A DNA stretch of 64,000 bases from the human T2T-CHM13v2.0 reference genome, Homo sapiens: NCBI RefSeq assembly GCF_009914755.1, contig NC_060926.1. One strand, 5' to 3'. Positions 1 through 13,331 of this stretch are shown one piece after another; the stretch's first letter is position 1; every line of letters starts with the position of its first letter. The notes under the pieces are model-generated. The model saw only the letters and a program-made list of their open reading frames with translations, was not told the DNA's origin and searched no databases. A program made the translations under genes and the position numbers.

Positions 1-999
1 TACAATATAAAACCATTATATTCATACAGTATTTATTTTCTAAAGTTGAAACCAGTGATACATTTTACTTGTAATCTGTTATATTTCTCAATCTGTAAAT
101 ACATTAATTTTGGTTATTCAAATAACTCTCTAATTATCACACGCTCTCAGAATTATACTTACCTAAACAATAGAGTTATTACTTAGAAAAATATATATTG
201 AAATATTTCCCAAGTGTTCTTAATGCTTAAAATATTTTTCAGCCTTTTCTTTATTTAAATTCTTTCGTCACATAACTTCATTGCACACTGCATTATTTTC
301 TGTTTTATCTTCAGTTTAACTTCAATTTTAATGCTTAATAACAAATAAGACAAAAAGTTCTACCTAGCTCAACTAGAATCCTCATTGTATTTTGTGAAAA
401 TACGTGTGCTACTGAAAAATCTAACAAAATATTCAGAAAAGAAATAAAGTTTAAGAACACAGTATTAAAAAATAATAAAAAACAAAGCAATTTTTGAACC
501 AAACTAAGTTATTACAGGACATTAAATAATTGATTTAAAACATGAAAAATAATAACAAGACTCTTAAAACACCCTAGGATTCAGAATTATATCACTATTA
601 TAAATATATAGGAAATTTCAAATTAATGAATCATTCAATAATTTATGTCAACTAAAACAAAGATGCAAACGTGTAAAGCTGTTTAGGTGGTCTTTGGGAA
701 CTGTATTTATGTTCTAACTTTAATTAATGTTGCCAAGCATTTAAATATTCACCAAAATCCTAAGACTCATAAAATACATTATTGAAGAAAACTGTTTAGT
801 TGGTTAAACACAAACAAACAAAAAAATCCCATTATGTATGGCAGTATTCTCTAAAATTCTTCACAAACAAATAAAGTATCATATAAAACTTCAAAGTGAA
901 TTGATTATAGGAAAAGCACCAGATTTTAATTACTTTTTCTGGAACACAAAGCCACAATGAATTAAACTTCTGAAGGTTAACTTGCATTATGATCTTATT

Positions 1000-1470
1000 C
1001 TCTGATCATGACTATATCTCCTTATTCTGTCTCAGATGGCACCTGTGGCTTGGGAGACCATTCTGATTCAAACCTACACCTTCCTATCTTTGGTTCCTGT
1101 GCTTCTCTGGCTCAAGGTTTTCTCAGGCCATAGAAGCTAGCTCAGGTGGGGCTCAGAGAAGGCCAGAAGAACTGGTGAGTTTATGTCCTCAAGGACAACT
1201 CTCACATAATGAGGACAGGAGTTGATGAATAAAAATCTCAGCTTTCTTGTGCCTTGATGGAGAAATCTGAGGTGTGTTCTACATACACAATTAGAGGTTC
1301 CTATAAAGATGAACCCAGTTGCACCCAGCAGTAACCTATTCATGAATGCAAACCCTGTTGGCTTTTATCCCTTCCTGGACTCACCTTCCCATGCTTTCAT
1401 CCAGCTCCTTGGAATAATCTCCATAATATACAATTTGCACCCATCCTATCTCACCCTAACACTCTCATCA
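1000..1470 (+). mobile_element. Old ERVL-class LTR (LTR16-like), probable 5' LTR of the adjacent internal sequence
   Basis: 3' part (ctccttggaataatctccataatatacaatttgcacccatcc) resembles the LTR16 polyA region and is followed by ERVL gag-like sequence; edges approximate. Confidence 0.5.
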
Positions 1471-1499
1471 GTGGTGCTTTCTGATAAGGTGTAAGTGAA

Positions 1500-3560
1500 A
1501 GAAGCACTGGCATGTACTAGCCCTACCACTTGAAAGATATGTCAGCCAATAGTGGTTACAATGATTTTGGATCCAGTTCTCATTTGTAAAGACTTTATAA
1601 AAAATAATGTTTAATGTTGAGTGTCAGCCAGCAATTAACTCAAGACATGCTGTGAAAGCCAAGACTTCCATGGCCGTATTTAAAAAGACTGTATCGTCCT
1701 TTGGGTATATACCCAGTAATGGGATGGCTGGGTCAAATGGTATTTCCAGTTCTAGATCCCTGAGGAATCGCCACACTGACTTCCACAATGGTTGAACTAG
1801 TTTACAGTCCCACCAACAGTGTAAAAGTGTTCCTATTTCTCCACATCCTCTCCAGCACCTGTTGTTTCCTGACTTTTTAATGATTGCCATTCTAACTGGT
1901 GTGAGATGGTATCTCATTGTGGTTTTGATTTGCATTTCTCTGATGGCCAGTGACGATGAGCATTTTTTCATGTGTCTTTTGGCTGCATAAATGTCTTCTT
2001 TTGAGAAGTGTCTGTTCATGTCCTTCGCCCACTTTTTGATGGGGTTGTTTGTTTTTTTCTTGTAAATTTGTTTGAGTTCATTGTAGATTCTGGATATTAG
2101 CCCTCTGTCAGATGAGTAGGTTGCGAAAATTTTCTCCAATTTTGTAGGTTGCCTGTTCACTCTGATGGTAGTTTCTTTTGTGGGTGCAGCACACCAGCAT
2201 GGCACATGTATACATATGTAACTAACCTGCACAATATGCAAATGTACCCTAAAACTTAAAGTATAATTTAAAAAAATAAATAAATTAAAAGGCTGTATCT
2301 TCTGCAGCTGGAGCCCAAACTAGTACTGAAAATAAAGCTGAACGTTTAATTGTGAGAGTGATGAAATTATAGAGGAGACATTCATAAATTAATAAGTTGG
2401 TTATAATAAAGCCAGGAACCTACTAGTGAAGTAGTAAAGGACTGATATCCTGAGGAATTTGTTGGTGACATTTAAATAGATTCACTTGAGTAGCTTAAAC
2501 TCTCCAGATTCCCGTAAAACCTCTAGGCTAGGGGATCACATCCCCTTCCCAACCATCTTCAGTGGCTTATTTAAGATGGATGCCTCAGAAGATGATGCTT
2601 GCCTGCATCATGAGTGCTTCTGCTTTCTCTTATCATTTCCACACCAATAACCAGTATTAGTTTTCAGCATTGCCTAAGTGGGATCCTGATATAAAGAAAC
2701 ATTATTCACTGAAAAAAGCTGCTGAGCGTGGCTAATAACTACCAGTAGGAACCAAGAGAACATATGTCAGCATGAATCTTGAGGGTGCTAAATGAAAGGA
2801 GGTAGAGCATAGGGTGTTGAGGGGAGAATTTATTGATAAGATGGCACTCTCTCTGATGCAGAATTTAACATGTTGCCAGAACACCTGAAGCTGGTCCTAC
2901 TATGGTGTTGCAATGGCTCTTTTAGGCTTAGAGATGATGAGGTACTGTAGTGAATAAGGTAGAGTTATTGGAACTGCCTTGGGAGAGTGATAAGAAAGGA
3001 GTAAGTGGGCATCCTAGGATAGGTTTAATATATAAGAACAGGAAATCTATCAGGTCACTCTGTTTCCAAATGACCCAGAAGACATCGTCTCCACTAAAAT
3101 GATTATATGCACTAGTGAGGAGAGTGCCAGCATTCTTGAGAGTATTAGTCAGGCTGTCTTTCATAGACCGTGTTTGATAGTAGGACATGCTTTTCTTTCT
3201 GCCAATGGGAATAATAAAATTCTAGAATAGCAGAGGCCAGATAGTAGTACTTAACTATCAGAGGTAAGGTTGACATACTTGGAATATAGAACAGCAGGGC
3301 TGGAATGACATCCAGGTGTTCGCAACCTGTGGGCAACTTTGGCAAAAGACATAATTTTCCAAGAAGCAAAATGTATGTGCAACCAGTGAGAATATATCCA
3401 GGTTTGTAAAACCAAAATGATCAACAGTGGGTGAGCTGAATGAACAATGGTGTCAGCTGTTACAAGGGAAAACTATTATCTTTGTTTTCATATCTAAGCC
3501 CATCAGTTGAAAGGAAAGTGAGGTGTCCTTGAGGAAGATCTTATAATGCCAAAGAAAGGC
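1500..3560 (+). mobile_element. ERVL internal fragment, decayed gag region (HERV16/ERV3-16A3-like), interrupted by an L1
   Basis: 2740-3050 reads as degenerate ERVL gag (ILRVL, GEFIDKMAL, FNMLP, ELLELPW) with stops and frameshifts; continuous across the L1 TSD at 1695/2299. Confidence 0.7.
1696..2286 (+). mobile_element. Young L1 (L1PA2-PA4-like), 5'-truncated and 5'-inverted
   Basis: 1696-2180 antisense ORF2 C-terminus ([16 protein letters not shown]...[17 protein letters not shown]); 2181-2286 sense 3'UTR end and A tail; TSD AAAAGACTGTATC 1683-1695 / AAAAGGCTGTATC 2287-2299. Confidence 0.95.
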
Positions 3561-3699
3561 TTAGCAAAATAAAAAAAAAAAAATCCAAAAAAATTAAGAA
3601 TGAAAAAAATTGGAGAAATTTTAGATACCATAGTAACCAAGATATAACAAAAGAATATTATGAACCACTTCATGTCAATAAAAACAAGAAAGGAAAGAA

Positions 3700-3910
3700 C
3701 TTAGAACATTGATCAAAGTAAGAGAAGAGAGAAGGTCAGTGTATGACTGAGAAGGGCCTAGAATAAGATGAATAAGGTAGGGGTGAAATCATGCAGAGCT
3801 TCCCTGGGAATGTCAAGGATCTTTGTTGATATTTTAAAGCGTAATTTGAAGGTAATCAGCACAGAAACAAATGACCTAAATTATATATTACAATATTACT
3901 TGGGCTGCTG
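3700..3910 (-). mobile_element. L2 fragment
   Basis: Degenerate antisense L2 motifs (atcatgcagagcttccctggg...aaggatctttg...atattacttgggctgctg). Confidence 0.5.
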
Positions 3911-4538
3911 AAAATATTTTTTGAATAAGAAAGATATTCCCAACAAATATTAAAAAATAAGAAATTCTAAATCAAGGTAGTAAAAATTTGTCATGTTTTT
4001 AAGTTTCCATATTACATGGGTTAAAGAAAGTTAAAAAAATGGATAGACTCATAGAAAGTATTAATATTTACATAGTATATAAAAGTCAACCAATAACATT
4101 TATCATGTGTAAAGTATATTATATTAACACAAAAGCAATAACTATGGTCACATAAATTGTATAAAATATATTGTATTTATATGCAGTGAATAGAAATGGA
4201 CTCAGGCATGATTAAGTATAAAGGACTTTGTTATCATCCTACAAAGTAGCTCACAAAATAATGAGAAAGTTGGAGACTCAGAACTGATTAACAGGAATTA
4301 AGGAGAACTGGAAAACTAACTAGCAAATATTACTTTTTCTTCTTATTGGTGCACAATAACTGTAATGAATGAGGTTCTACCATTTTTTCCAAATTCTATT
4401 CACAAATGTTTAGTGTTTGTATTTTGGTGCAGCATCTTGGGAAAATATTTTGGCAGTGTCTGTCTAAGTAAAAACTAAGCTTTTTACTTATCAATTACAT
4501 TTCTATGAATATTCTCGAGGCTTTCATTTCAGGTTTGG

Positions 4539-5060
4539 CTGTATCAGTAAGGATTCAATCAGGGAAGCAGAACTGCTGTGGGTTACATAGAATGAGGAAA
4601 TTAGTATGGGACTCAGAATTTTTTGCAATTGTGGGAGCTAATGGAGCAGTCTATGGGCTCTTGGCTCCACATTTAATATTGAGTTTGAAGTCACTACAAA
4701 TCATTCACACCACAAATTAGAAGGATGGTTGGAGAAAAGCAAAAGCCTATGAGATCAACTGGAACTCTAGGACAAACTGGAATGCATGAAGACAACAGGA
4801 ACCTAGGATTACTCTGTGAAATCTATAACCTTCTTTTACCTCCAGACTCCATGCCACGGTTGACCTGCAGAAGAAATTGATACTCTTTGACACAGAGCAT
4901 TTGCCACACTTAGCAAATGAAATGAAAATAAGAGATCTGGTGATATCTGTTAGTCTAGATTCTTTCCAAGACCCATTTGGAAAGCTAGCAGATCAACAAT
5001 AATGCGAGCAAAATACCATAGTGCTTGGCATCCTGCACCTGCCAACACAGGACATATGGC
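4539..5060 (-). mobile_element. Old ERVL/MaLR-class LTR, family unresolved
   Basis: Begins tgtatcagtaaggattcaatcagggaagcagaac, typical of an antisense ERVL-class LTR end; extent uncertain. Confidence 0.4.
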
Positions 5061-5062
5061 TC

Positions 5063-5441
5063 TGCTATGGCTTGGCTGTGTCCCCACCCAAATCACATCT
5101 TGAATTGTAGTTCTCATAATCCTCACATGTCGTGGGAGGGATCCAATGGGAGGTAATTGAATCATGGTAGTTGTTACCCCATGCTGCTGTTCTCTTGATA
5201 GTAAGTGAGTTCTCATGAGATCTAATGGCTTTATAAGGGGCTTTTTCCCCCTTTTGCTCTGCACTTCTCCTTCCTGCTGCCATGTGAAGAAGGACATGTT
5301 TGCTTCCCCCTTCACCATGATTGTAAGTTTCCTGAGGCCTCCCAAGCAATGCTGAACTGTGAGTCCATTAAACTTCTTTTCTTTATAAATTACTCAGTCT
5401 CAGGTAAGTCTTTATTAGCAGCATAAGAATGAACTAATACA
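5063..5441 (+). mobile_element. THE1D (or THE1C) solo LTR, ERVL-MaLR
   Basis: TG...CA termini (tgctatggcttggctgtgtccccacccaaat...gaactaataca); 5-bp TSD GGCTC/GGCTT. Confidence 0.92.
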
Positions 5442-5924
5442 GGCTTCTTGCTTAATTTTTGCCTTCCTAAACTTACACAAGAAAGAGAAATCTAAGAAAC
5501 TTAATTGTAGATTAGCTAAACAGACACAGCACAAAGTTATCATAGTGACCCTTTGCCTTTTTGAGAGGGTGGAAGGAGAAGAAAGTGGCTGACCATTTTT
5601 CAATTCCCCCAACAGTACTATGATGTCTTCAACTTTGATACAATCTCAATGCAAGCTAAGCCAATCCGATGGCCTCATACAAGGAATGAAGCTTTAACAT
5701 AGGACAAAAAAAAAAGTATTGGAGATGTATTTAGTTTTGTCAAAAGTTTTCTTTACAATATATTGTTGTTCTAATTCCTGATCTGGAACCACCTTGATTG
5801 CTGCTTTTCCTCCAAGCATCTCATTGACTTTATGAGCCTTCAATATACTTCTAATAACTTATTTTTTACTTATGATAGCCACAGTAGTCTCTATTGATTG
5901 AAAATAAAATCCCTTAACTGATAC

Positions 5925-6850
5925 CAGTCCACATGAACACAATTACATAAGTACAAGAATATTAATTGCAGTATTGTTTGTAATTGTAAACAACACATAT
6001 GCCTAACAATAGAATGAATGAATAAATATACTACACATATATTAAGGAATATGTATTTTTCAGCTATTGTTGCATGAGAGCAAACACAATGTCTATGTGA
6101 AACACAAAAGCAAGCATTCCTTTCTCCCTCACAGGTCTTAGTTTATCTGTGATAGGAGATCTGTTTCATGATGAGGATTTATGAGTTTTTTATGGGATTC
6201 ACTTCAGCTGTGGGTTTACCACATAGGTGTGTCACACTGAGATCAGGAAGAAGAGGTAGTGGCTCTCTGGAGTTTGCTCTTGTCATCACAAAGGCAATAA
6301 CATATGAGAATGAGTCTTACCACCTGCTTTAATCATATTCACTAGCATCCCATTGAATAAGCAAATCACCTGGTCAAATTCATAATTAAGAGAGAGGACA
6401 ATACACTTCATTCACCCTGTGGCCATAGCAAGGATGTGGACTGAAAGTACTATCATAGGGAAGTGAAGAATGGAGACTGATAATTCATTCTGCCACATAA
6501 TGAAATTTTTAAAAGAGTGAAGTTCATCTATATTTGCTGCCTCAGAAAGATATCAAAAGTACATAAAGTGAAAAAAAACAAGGTTCAGAGATATGTAAAT
6601 AATATCATTTTCTGTAAAATATGTCCATATCTCCTTCCAGAACTACAGAATATATATGTATACGTATGTGCAAATATATATTTCAATCAGAATGCCCATT
6701 TGCTATGACCAGCTGTTACCTCTGCTGAGAACACAGAGTCCTTACTTGGTGTTGCTTTGAATGTGAATTTTGTTCACAAAATTTCATTTGTACAGCATGT
6801 ACAATTTTATAAGTGGCTTTAAAAATGTAAAACAAATATAAATTTATACT
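5925..6850 (+). mobile_element. Ancient L1ME-type 3' fragment split by an MLT1 LTR
   Basis: aagaatattaattgcagtattgtttgtaa...caatagaatgaatgaataaat, resuming after 6497 with gaaagatatc...aagtgaaaaaaaacaagg. Confidence 0.5.
6052..6497 (-). mobile_element. MLT1 (J/K-like) LTR
   Basis: Antisense MLT1 ends (tgtatttttcagctattgttgc ... taattcattctgccaca) and internal cattgaataagcaaatcacctggtcaa. Confidence 0.6.
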
Positions 6851-7460
6851 TTTAAAATTTATACTTCAACTGAGAGACTCCACCTACTAAACTCTTATTT
6901 AACTTAGTCACCATGTCAATAAAGGAAGAATTGTGATAAAATGATTATTCTGACATCCTCTGGTTCTCTGTGTCCAGTACCATGTTTACTAAATTTATGA
7001 CTCACAAAAACATTCACTTTGTGACCATGTTATTCCTAGGCTCTAGAGTAAATGACTTCAGTTATCTTGCTTATTAAGCTTTTTTAGACATGCCCTATTT
7101 GTTTTCCTTTATACTGCCTCTCATCTGTTAATACCTATTTTTCCTTCTTACTCTTAATCCAGCTTCTAATCAACACAGGTCTGTATTTAAAAGAAAAAAA
7201 AATTATTCACTGGACAGGTCACCTTCTTGTGCTCAGGCAATTGCTCTAAACTTAATCAGGTCACTCTATGACTAGAAGAAAAATACAATGTAAGAAAACA
7301 GACTTTCATTGCTTCTATTATGTTATGCCTTTTAAAAATTAAGTCTAATGGATTGATATGCAATTTTGCTTAAAATTTTGTAACTATCTTTTGTAAAAGC
7401 GGATTAAATGTAAATATATATTTATCTCTGCTTTTCTCCTTAGCACACCATGCTTTAGAG

Positions 7461-7994
7461 TAGGGGTCCAGGTCATGAACGGTACAGTTCCATGGTCTGT
7501 TAGGAACTCAGCTGCACAGCAGGAAGTGAGTGACTGGCAAGCAAGCAAAGCTTCATCAGCTTCATCTCTATTTACAGCTGCTCCTTAGCACTACTGCCTG
7601 AGCTCCACCTCCTGTCAGATCAGCGGCAGCATTAGATTTTCATAGGAGTGTGAACCCTATTGTGAACTGCACAGGCATGCAGGGAATCTAGGTTGTGTGT
7701 TCCTTATGAGAATCTAATGACTGATGATCTGTCATTGTCTCCCATCACCCACAGATGGGACTGTCTAGTTGCAAGCAAACAAGCTCAGGGTTCCCATTGA
7801 TTTTACATTATGGTGAGTTGTATAATTATTTCATTATATATTATAATGAAATAATAATATAAATAAAGTACACAATAAATATAATGCTCTTGAATTACCC
7901 CAAAAGCATCACAGCCACCCCCTCCCCACTATCACCCATGGAAAAATTCTTTTACAAAATTGAACCCTGGTGCCAAAAAGGTTGGGGTTTACTG
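7461..7994 (+). mobile_element. MER1A, hAT-Charlie non-autonomous DNA transposon
   Basis: Colinear with MER1A (gttaggaactcagctgcacagcagg...cctggtgccaaaaaggttgggg); 8-bp TSD CTTTAGAG/CTTTACAG. Confidence 0.9.
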
Positions 7995-8059
7995 CTTTAC
8001 AGCCAGGTATATTATTTTGTTTTCTTATTGATGCCTGAATAAATCATATGTGCTGCTTT

Positions 8060-8395
8060 AGGTTGGGCCTTTTCTGCGAATGCATTCTTTTTCTTCTTTA
8101 TCTAATCCTAACCATCTTTTAAGACCCAAGTAAAATTTTATTTCCACCAATGAATATTCAAAACTACTCAAGACGACATAGCTATCCCTTCTCTGAACTT
8201 CAATGGCATCATATCCTATGGCACGCAAATAAGATTTAACCTGCCATTTACTGTGCAATAATATGCTAATGTTTTCTTTTAAGTAAATCATAAGTTTCCT
8301 TCAATGAAGAACCATATTTAAATATTGTCTGATTTCTCATGACTGTTAAGACAGTACTAAATACTTCATATATACTTGATAGCATGTTATTGACC
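8060..8395 (+). mobile_element. L2 3' fragment
   Basis: Degenerate L2 3' end (catcttttaagacccaagtaaaa...cataagtttccttcaatgaagaaccatat). Confidence 0.5.
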
Positions 8396-8860
8396 ATCAG
8401 TGGTGATGCTAATTATTTACTCTCTATTAAACACAGAATTTGTAGTTGTGAATTGCCTTTTTTATGTTTTCTTTAAAAACACTCCCATATTTATACAAAT
8501 ATAAAGGAATGAATATCTGTGACTCATTCACTTATCATAAATCAGCAATACTGCAATTCATTCAATATATATTAAGCTAAACAAAATTCCTAGTGGAAAA
8601 GTAAAAAAAGGTTGTATTGCATTTCTGACAAAAGAACAATTCCCTAGATTGCCAATAGTACAGTAACAATAATGAAAAATAATGAGAACAATTATGGCAA
8701 AAGAAATCTCCTATGAAATTTATAAAATTTACACAAGTTCCAAATACATGACTTTTCTGGGAACTCTTCATCAAACTGAATGAACTCAGAAATATTCCCC
8801 AACTTGTATTTCTGTGAGCTATATGTCAAATTATTCAGTTGCATCCAATGTCAGTAGGAT

Positions 8861-9380
8861 AGGATTATAAATCATTCTACTACAAAGACACATGCACATG
8901 TATGTTTACTGCAGCACTATTTACAATAGCAAAGACTTGGAACCAACCCAAATGTCCATCCAGGATAGACTAGATAAAGAAAATGTAGCAAATACACACC
9001 ACAGAATACTATGCAGCCATAAAAAAGCATGAGTTCATGTCCTTTTCATGGACATGAATGAAGCTGGAAACCATCATTCTCAGCAAACTAACACAGGAAC
9101 AGAAAACCAAACACCACATGTTCTCACTCATAAGTGGGAGTTGAACAATGAGAACACATGGACACAGGGAGGGTAACATCACACAGTGGGGCCTGTTGAG
9201 GGGTAGTGGGGGCAAAGGGAGAGAGAGTATTAGGACAAAAACCTAATGCATGTGGGGCTTAAAACCTAGATGACGGGTTGATAGGTGCAGCAAACCACCA
9301 TGGTACATGTATACCTGTATAACAAACCTGCATGTTTAAGCACATGTATCCCAAGCTTAAAGTAAAATTAAAAAAAAAAA
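8861..9380 (+). mobile_element. L1PA8-like 3' end, 5'-truncated
   Basis: ORF2 end plus 3'UTR with cctaatgcatgtggggcttaaaacctagatgacggg and poly-A. Confidence 0.92.
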
Positions 9381-10469
9381 TGACTGCCTCTTTTGGAAAT
9401 GTTATACCCGTTAAATAACCTAGGGCTATTTTCAGGTCTCCCTGTATCTACAGATTCACTTACTTGTTTCATTTTTCTTCATTTTTTATTTTTATTTTTT
9501 TCATGTGGAGCATTCTTTTTAGAAATGACTCACTTAAGTTTCTAGAGCTTTTCTTCCTGTCTCTGCCTATTTCCTTCCATTTATATTGCAATGTTGTTAT
9601 TACCGAAGCTATCCTTTGTAGTATTATTTTATCTATCTTACTTTATTTGCCTTGAATCATATTCACAGATCTGTCATTTTAGTTAAATTTCTTGGCAGTG
9701 AACTAATCTATTTTGCGTCTGGCTGATGAAAATTTTTTAGGAAATTGCAGTGCTATTTATGGAAAAACAACATATTTGCACGCACTTTACATTTGTTCAC
9801 AGAAATATAATGTTAGTATTGCTTCTAGAGGTAACTATAAATGTGATCCTGTTTTATCTAAGCTTTCACTTCATCTCAAATGTCATGAAATAATGAACAG
9901 TTTATTAAACCTGTCTACTTGTCCCAGTGATAACATTAGTGAGAATGCCCTAAAATATATAAAACCATACAAGTTTCACATTTCACAACAATGATATGAA
10001 AAACATCAAGGAAAGATGAACCATGTATCTAAAAATGTACATCTGCAAGTATACATTTACTTCTAATGGTGTGTTCTGCCACAAAGAGCACACCATTTGA
10101 TTCTAATTCTAGGATACCTTAGAAACAGAAAGATAATTTTAATCTTAATAATTATCATTTCATGGCAGCTGTTGTAATTTAAGCAGGTAAGAAAGAACCT
10201 GACACATTCAGCTGCCTTGCAGTGTGTGGGCCCATTGGTACAGTTTACTTAGCTTACTTAGGCAAGCCTGAGTCACAGAACCTCAACTCTGTGAGTCTGG
10301 AAAGTAAATTCACTTGTTCTTAGAAGGGTATCTAGACACTACAAAACAAAATCATACTTAAAAAAAAGAACTCAAAAGAAATTGGTTTCATTAACATTTG
10401 TGATTCTGTGAGTTTTCCCATGCTGTTCATGCTGTCTAAAATATTCTTCTCTATTCCTTCTGCTGCATA

Positions 10470-10990
10470 AACTCTTATTCATAAAAACAAATAACCTGAT
10501 TTTAAAAATGAGAAAAGAACCTAGATAGACATTTCTCGAATGCATACAAACGGCCAACAGGTATATGAAAAAAATGTCCAACATTATAATGCAAATTAAA
10601 ACAAGAATAAGATGTCATTTCACACTTGTTAGACTAGCTGTTGTCAAAAGTCTCTACTAAAAATACAAAAAAAAAAAAAAAAAAAAAAAACTAGCCAGGC
10701 ATGGTGGCACATGCTGTAGTCCCAGCTACTTCAGAGGCTGAAGTAGGATAATCAAATCACTTGAACGTGGGAGGCGGAGGTTGCAGTGAGCCAAGATCGC
10801 ACCACTGCACTCCAGCCTGGGTGACAGAGTGAGACTCCGTCGAAAAAAAATAAAAAAAAAAAAGATAAGTGGATGAGGTAATGCAGATGTTAATTAGTTT
10901 GGATTTGCCATTCCACAATGTGTGTGGGGGAATAATATTGTATACCATAAATATACAGAAATTTGTCAATTTACATAGAAAAATAATTAA
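10470..10990 (+). mobile_element. L1MA fragments (late ORF2 10470-10650; extreme 3'UTR 10864-10990) flanking an Alu
   Basis: tagacatttctc...aatgcaaattaaaac (ORF2) and gaggtaatgcagatgttaattag...ccattccacaatg (L1MA 3' end). Confidence 0.75.
10651..10863 (+). mobile_element. AluS, left arm largely missing
   Basis: Starts at tctctactaaaaatac, expanded A linker, full right arm and A tail. Confidence 0.92.
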
Positions 10991-11950
10991 GCTACAAAAC
11001 AAAATGAACCACAGATAATAAAACACAATCAGCTCTAATTTTTTAAAGTCATCCAGTCCAAAATACAAACCACTCTGTGAAGTGTTTTTACTTCTTCAGA
11101 AAGTGATAATTCACTCTGTTCTTGATTCACCACCAAATGATGTTCATTACTTATTTACCATGTAGGATCATGATAGAGACTTAATCCTGGCCCATAGCCT
11201 GGATGTGTTAATTTATAAATAGGGAGTCTAAGTATTTTCACATTTTAACAATGAGAGCAGTAATTTTCCAATGACCTGAATTCTTCTCTACTTAGCACAC
11301 TATTCTAGTCATTGTCAAGGTGCTGATATATTAAATTAAGTATCACAGCATGCTTAGGCATCATGGTCTACTGGGACTTTTACTAGCTAAGTGTAAGGCC
11401 AATACATAGGTAAGGTCTCATCTACAATATTGTATCATACATCCTGTCTTTCATATCATTGTGAGAATAAGATAAGGTAACATATAAAAAAAGTTTTGTA
11501 AATTTTTATGTAAGTCTTCATAAATAATAGCAAATGTAGAATACCACTACAAAAACTTTGGCAAGATAGTATTTTTTTCTAGTGCATTTAAAATGATTTT
11601 CCTCTAGAAAGACAACCTTACCTCAGTCATGTTACAATCAATTGAAAATCTCAGCTCTTTTAGACCTATACTTACTAATTATATTTTAGAGTATCTTGTA
11701 TCTACAGATGCTAATTTCACCCATTTAGATTAGATTTAGATTTAGATTAATTCCCATTCAGATTCAAAGAGTAATATTTCTAACCTTGTACACAAATTTT
11801 GGGGTATATGCTCTTTGCAAATTAAGTTTCTGCAGAATATTGAAAGTGATTAATGTTGTAGAAATGTTTACCATATATTTTTATTTATAATACAAATGCA
11901 ACTAAATTGCTACTGTGTCGTATGTCCCTAATGCATAGCACAATCTATTA

Positions 11951-12157
11951 CAGTGCTCTTCAGTGTAAATTTTTGTAAGGATGGAGATATTCTACCAGTG
12001 CTATGGTAGCCACTAACTACACGTGGCTACTGAAAACTTGATATGCGTCTAGTACAACTGAAAAACTGACTTTTCTATTTTTTAAAGTTTTAATTAATTT
12101 AAATAATAATGGAAATAACCACATATGTCTAGTTGCTACCACAATAGATGGCAAAAA
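11951..12157. mobile_element. MER3 hAT-Charlie MITE
   Basis: tggtagccactaactacacgtggctactgaaaacttga and inverted counterpart accacatatgtctagttgctacca. Confidence 0.75.
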
Positions 12158-12329
12158 TCTGCAGTTTCCACCCAATGTAGGTAATCATACAGTATAATAA
12201 TTTAATCCTACATAGCATATTCTTTAAAAAATAAGACTTTTGTAAAACAATGCATCTTCAGTAGATGTGTAAGAACAGGGATTCAAGTAAAACTATAAAC
12301 CGTGATGTTTAGAGAAGGAGTCAGAGTGC

Positions 12330-12470
12330 AAACCATTTAGCAGCTATTGAGTGTCAATTGTGTGTTAATCACCATGTTCAGTCAAATATACGAAATAGAG
12401 AATTAAAATATGTACAAAAATAACAAAAGCCTTTTTACCTGAAGAGTCTGCAATCTAAAAGAGAGCAATG
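12330..12470 (-). mobile_element. L2 3' end fragment
   Basis: ctattgagtgtc...cctgaagagtctgcaatctaaaagagag resembles the antisense L2 terminus. Confidence 0.45.
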
Positions 12471-12497
12471 TTTGTAGAAACAAATACTGACTTTGGG

Positions 12498-12500
<3 letters not shown>

Positions 12501-12546
<46 letters not shown>

Positions 12547-13331
12547 TATATAGAATATATATATTATTATATTCTATATATAGAATATATATATAGAATA
12601 TATATATATAGAATATATATATAGAATATATATATAGAATATATATATAGAATATATATATAGAATATATATATATAGAATATATATATAGAATATATAT
12701 ATATAGAATATATATATAGAATATATATATATAGAATATATATATATAGAATATATATATAGAATATATATATATAGAATATATATATAGAATATATATA
12801 TAGAATATATATATATAGAATATATATATAGAATATATATATATAGAATATATATATAGAATATATATATATAGAATATATATATAGAATATATATATAT
12901 AGAATATATATATAGAATATATATATATAGAATATATATATAGAATATATATATATAGAATATATATATAGAATATATATATATAGAATATATATATAGA
13001 ATATATATATATAGAATATATATATAGAATATATATATATAGAATATATATATAGAATATATATATATAGAATATATATATAGAATATATATATATAGAA
13101 TATATATATAGAATATATATATATAGAATATATATATAGAATATATATATATAGAATATATATATAGAATATATATATATAGAATATATATATAGAATAT
13201 ATATATATAGAATATATATATAGAATATATATATATAGAATATATATATAGAATATATATATATATAGAATATATATATAGAATATATATATATATAGAA
13301 TATATATATAGAATATATATATATATTCTAT
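12501..13331. repeat. (AT)n run followed by a GAA(TA)5-7 minisatellite, ~830 bp
   Basis: Directly visible; 13- and 15-bp units mostly alternating, 17-bp units near the right end. Confidence 0.98.

Noticed and set aside
1624-2241. 205-aa ORF, the longest in the window
   Set aside because: Chimera of antisense L1 3'UTR and an L1 ORF2 fragment created by inversion; not a cellular gene
12501-13331. Regular repeat array as CRISPR-like
   Set aside because: No unique spacers, no cas genes, human context
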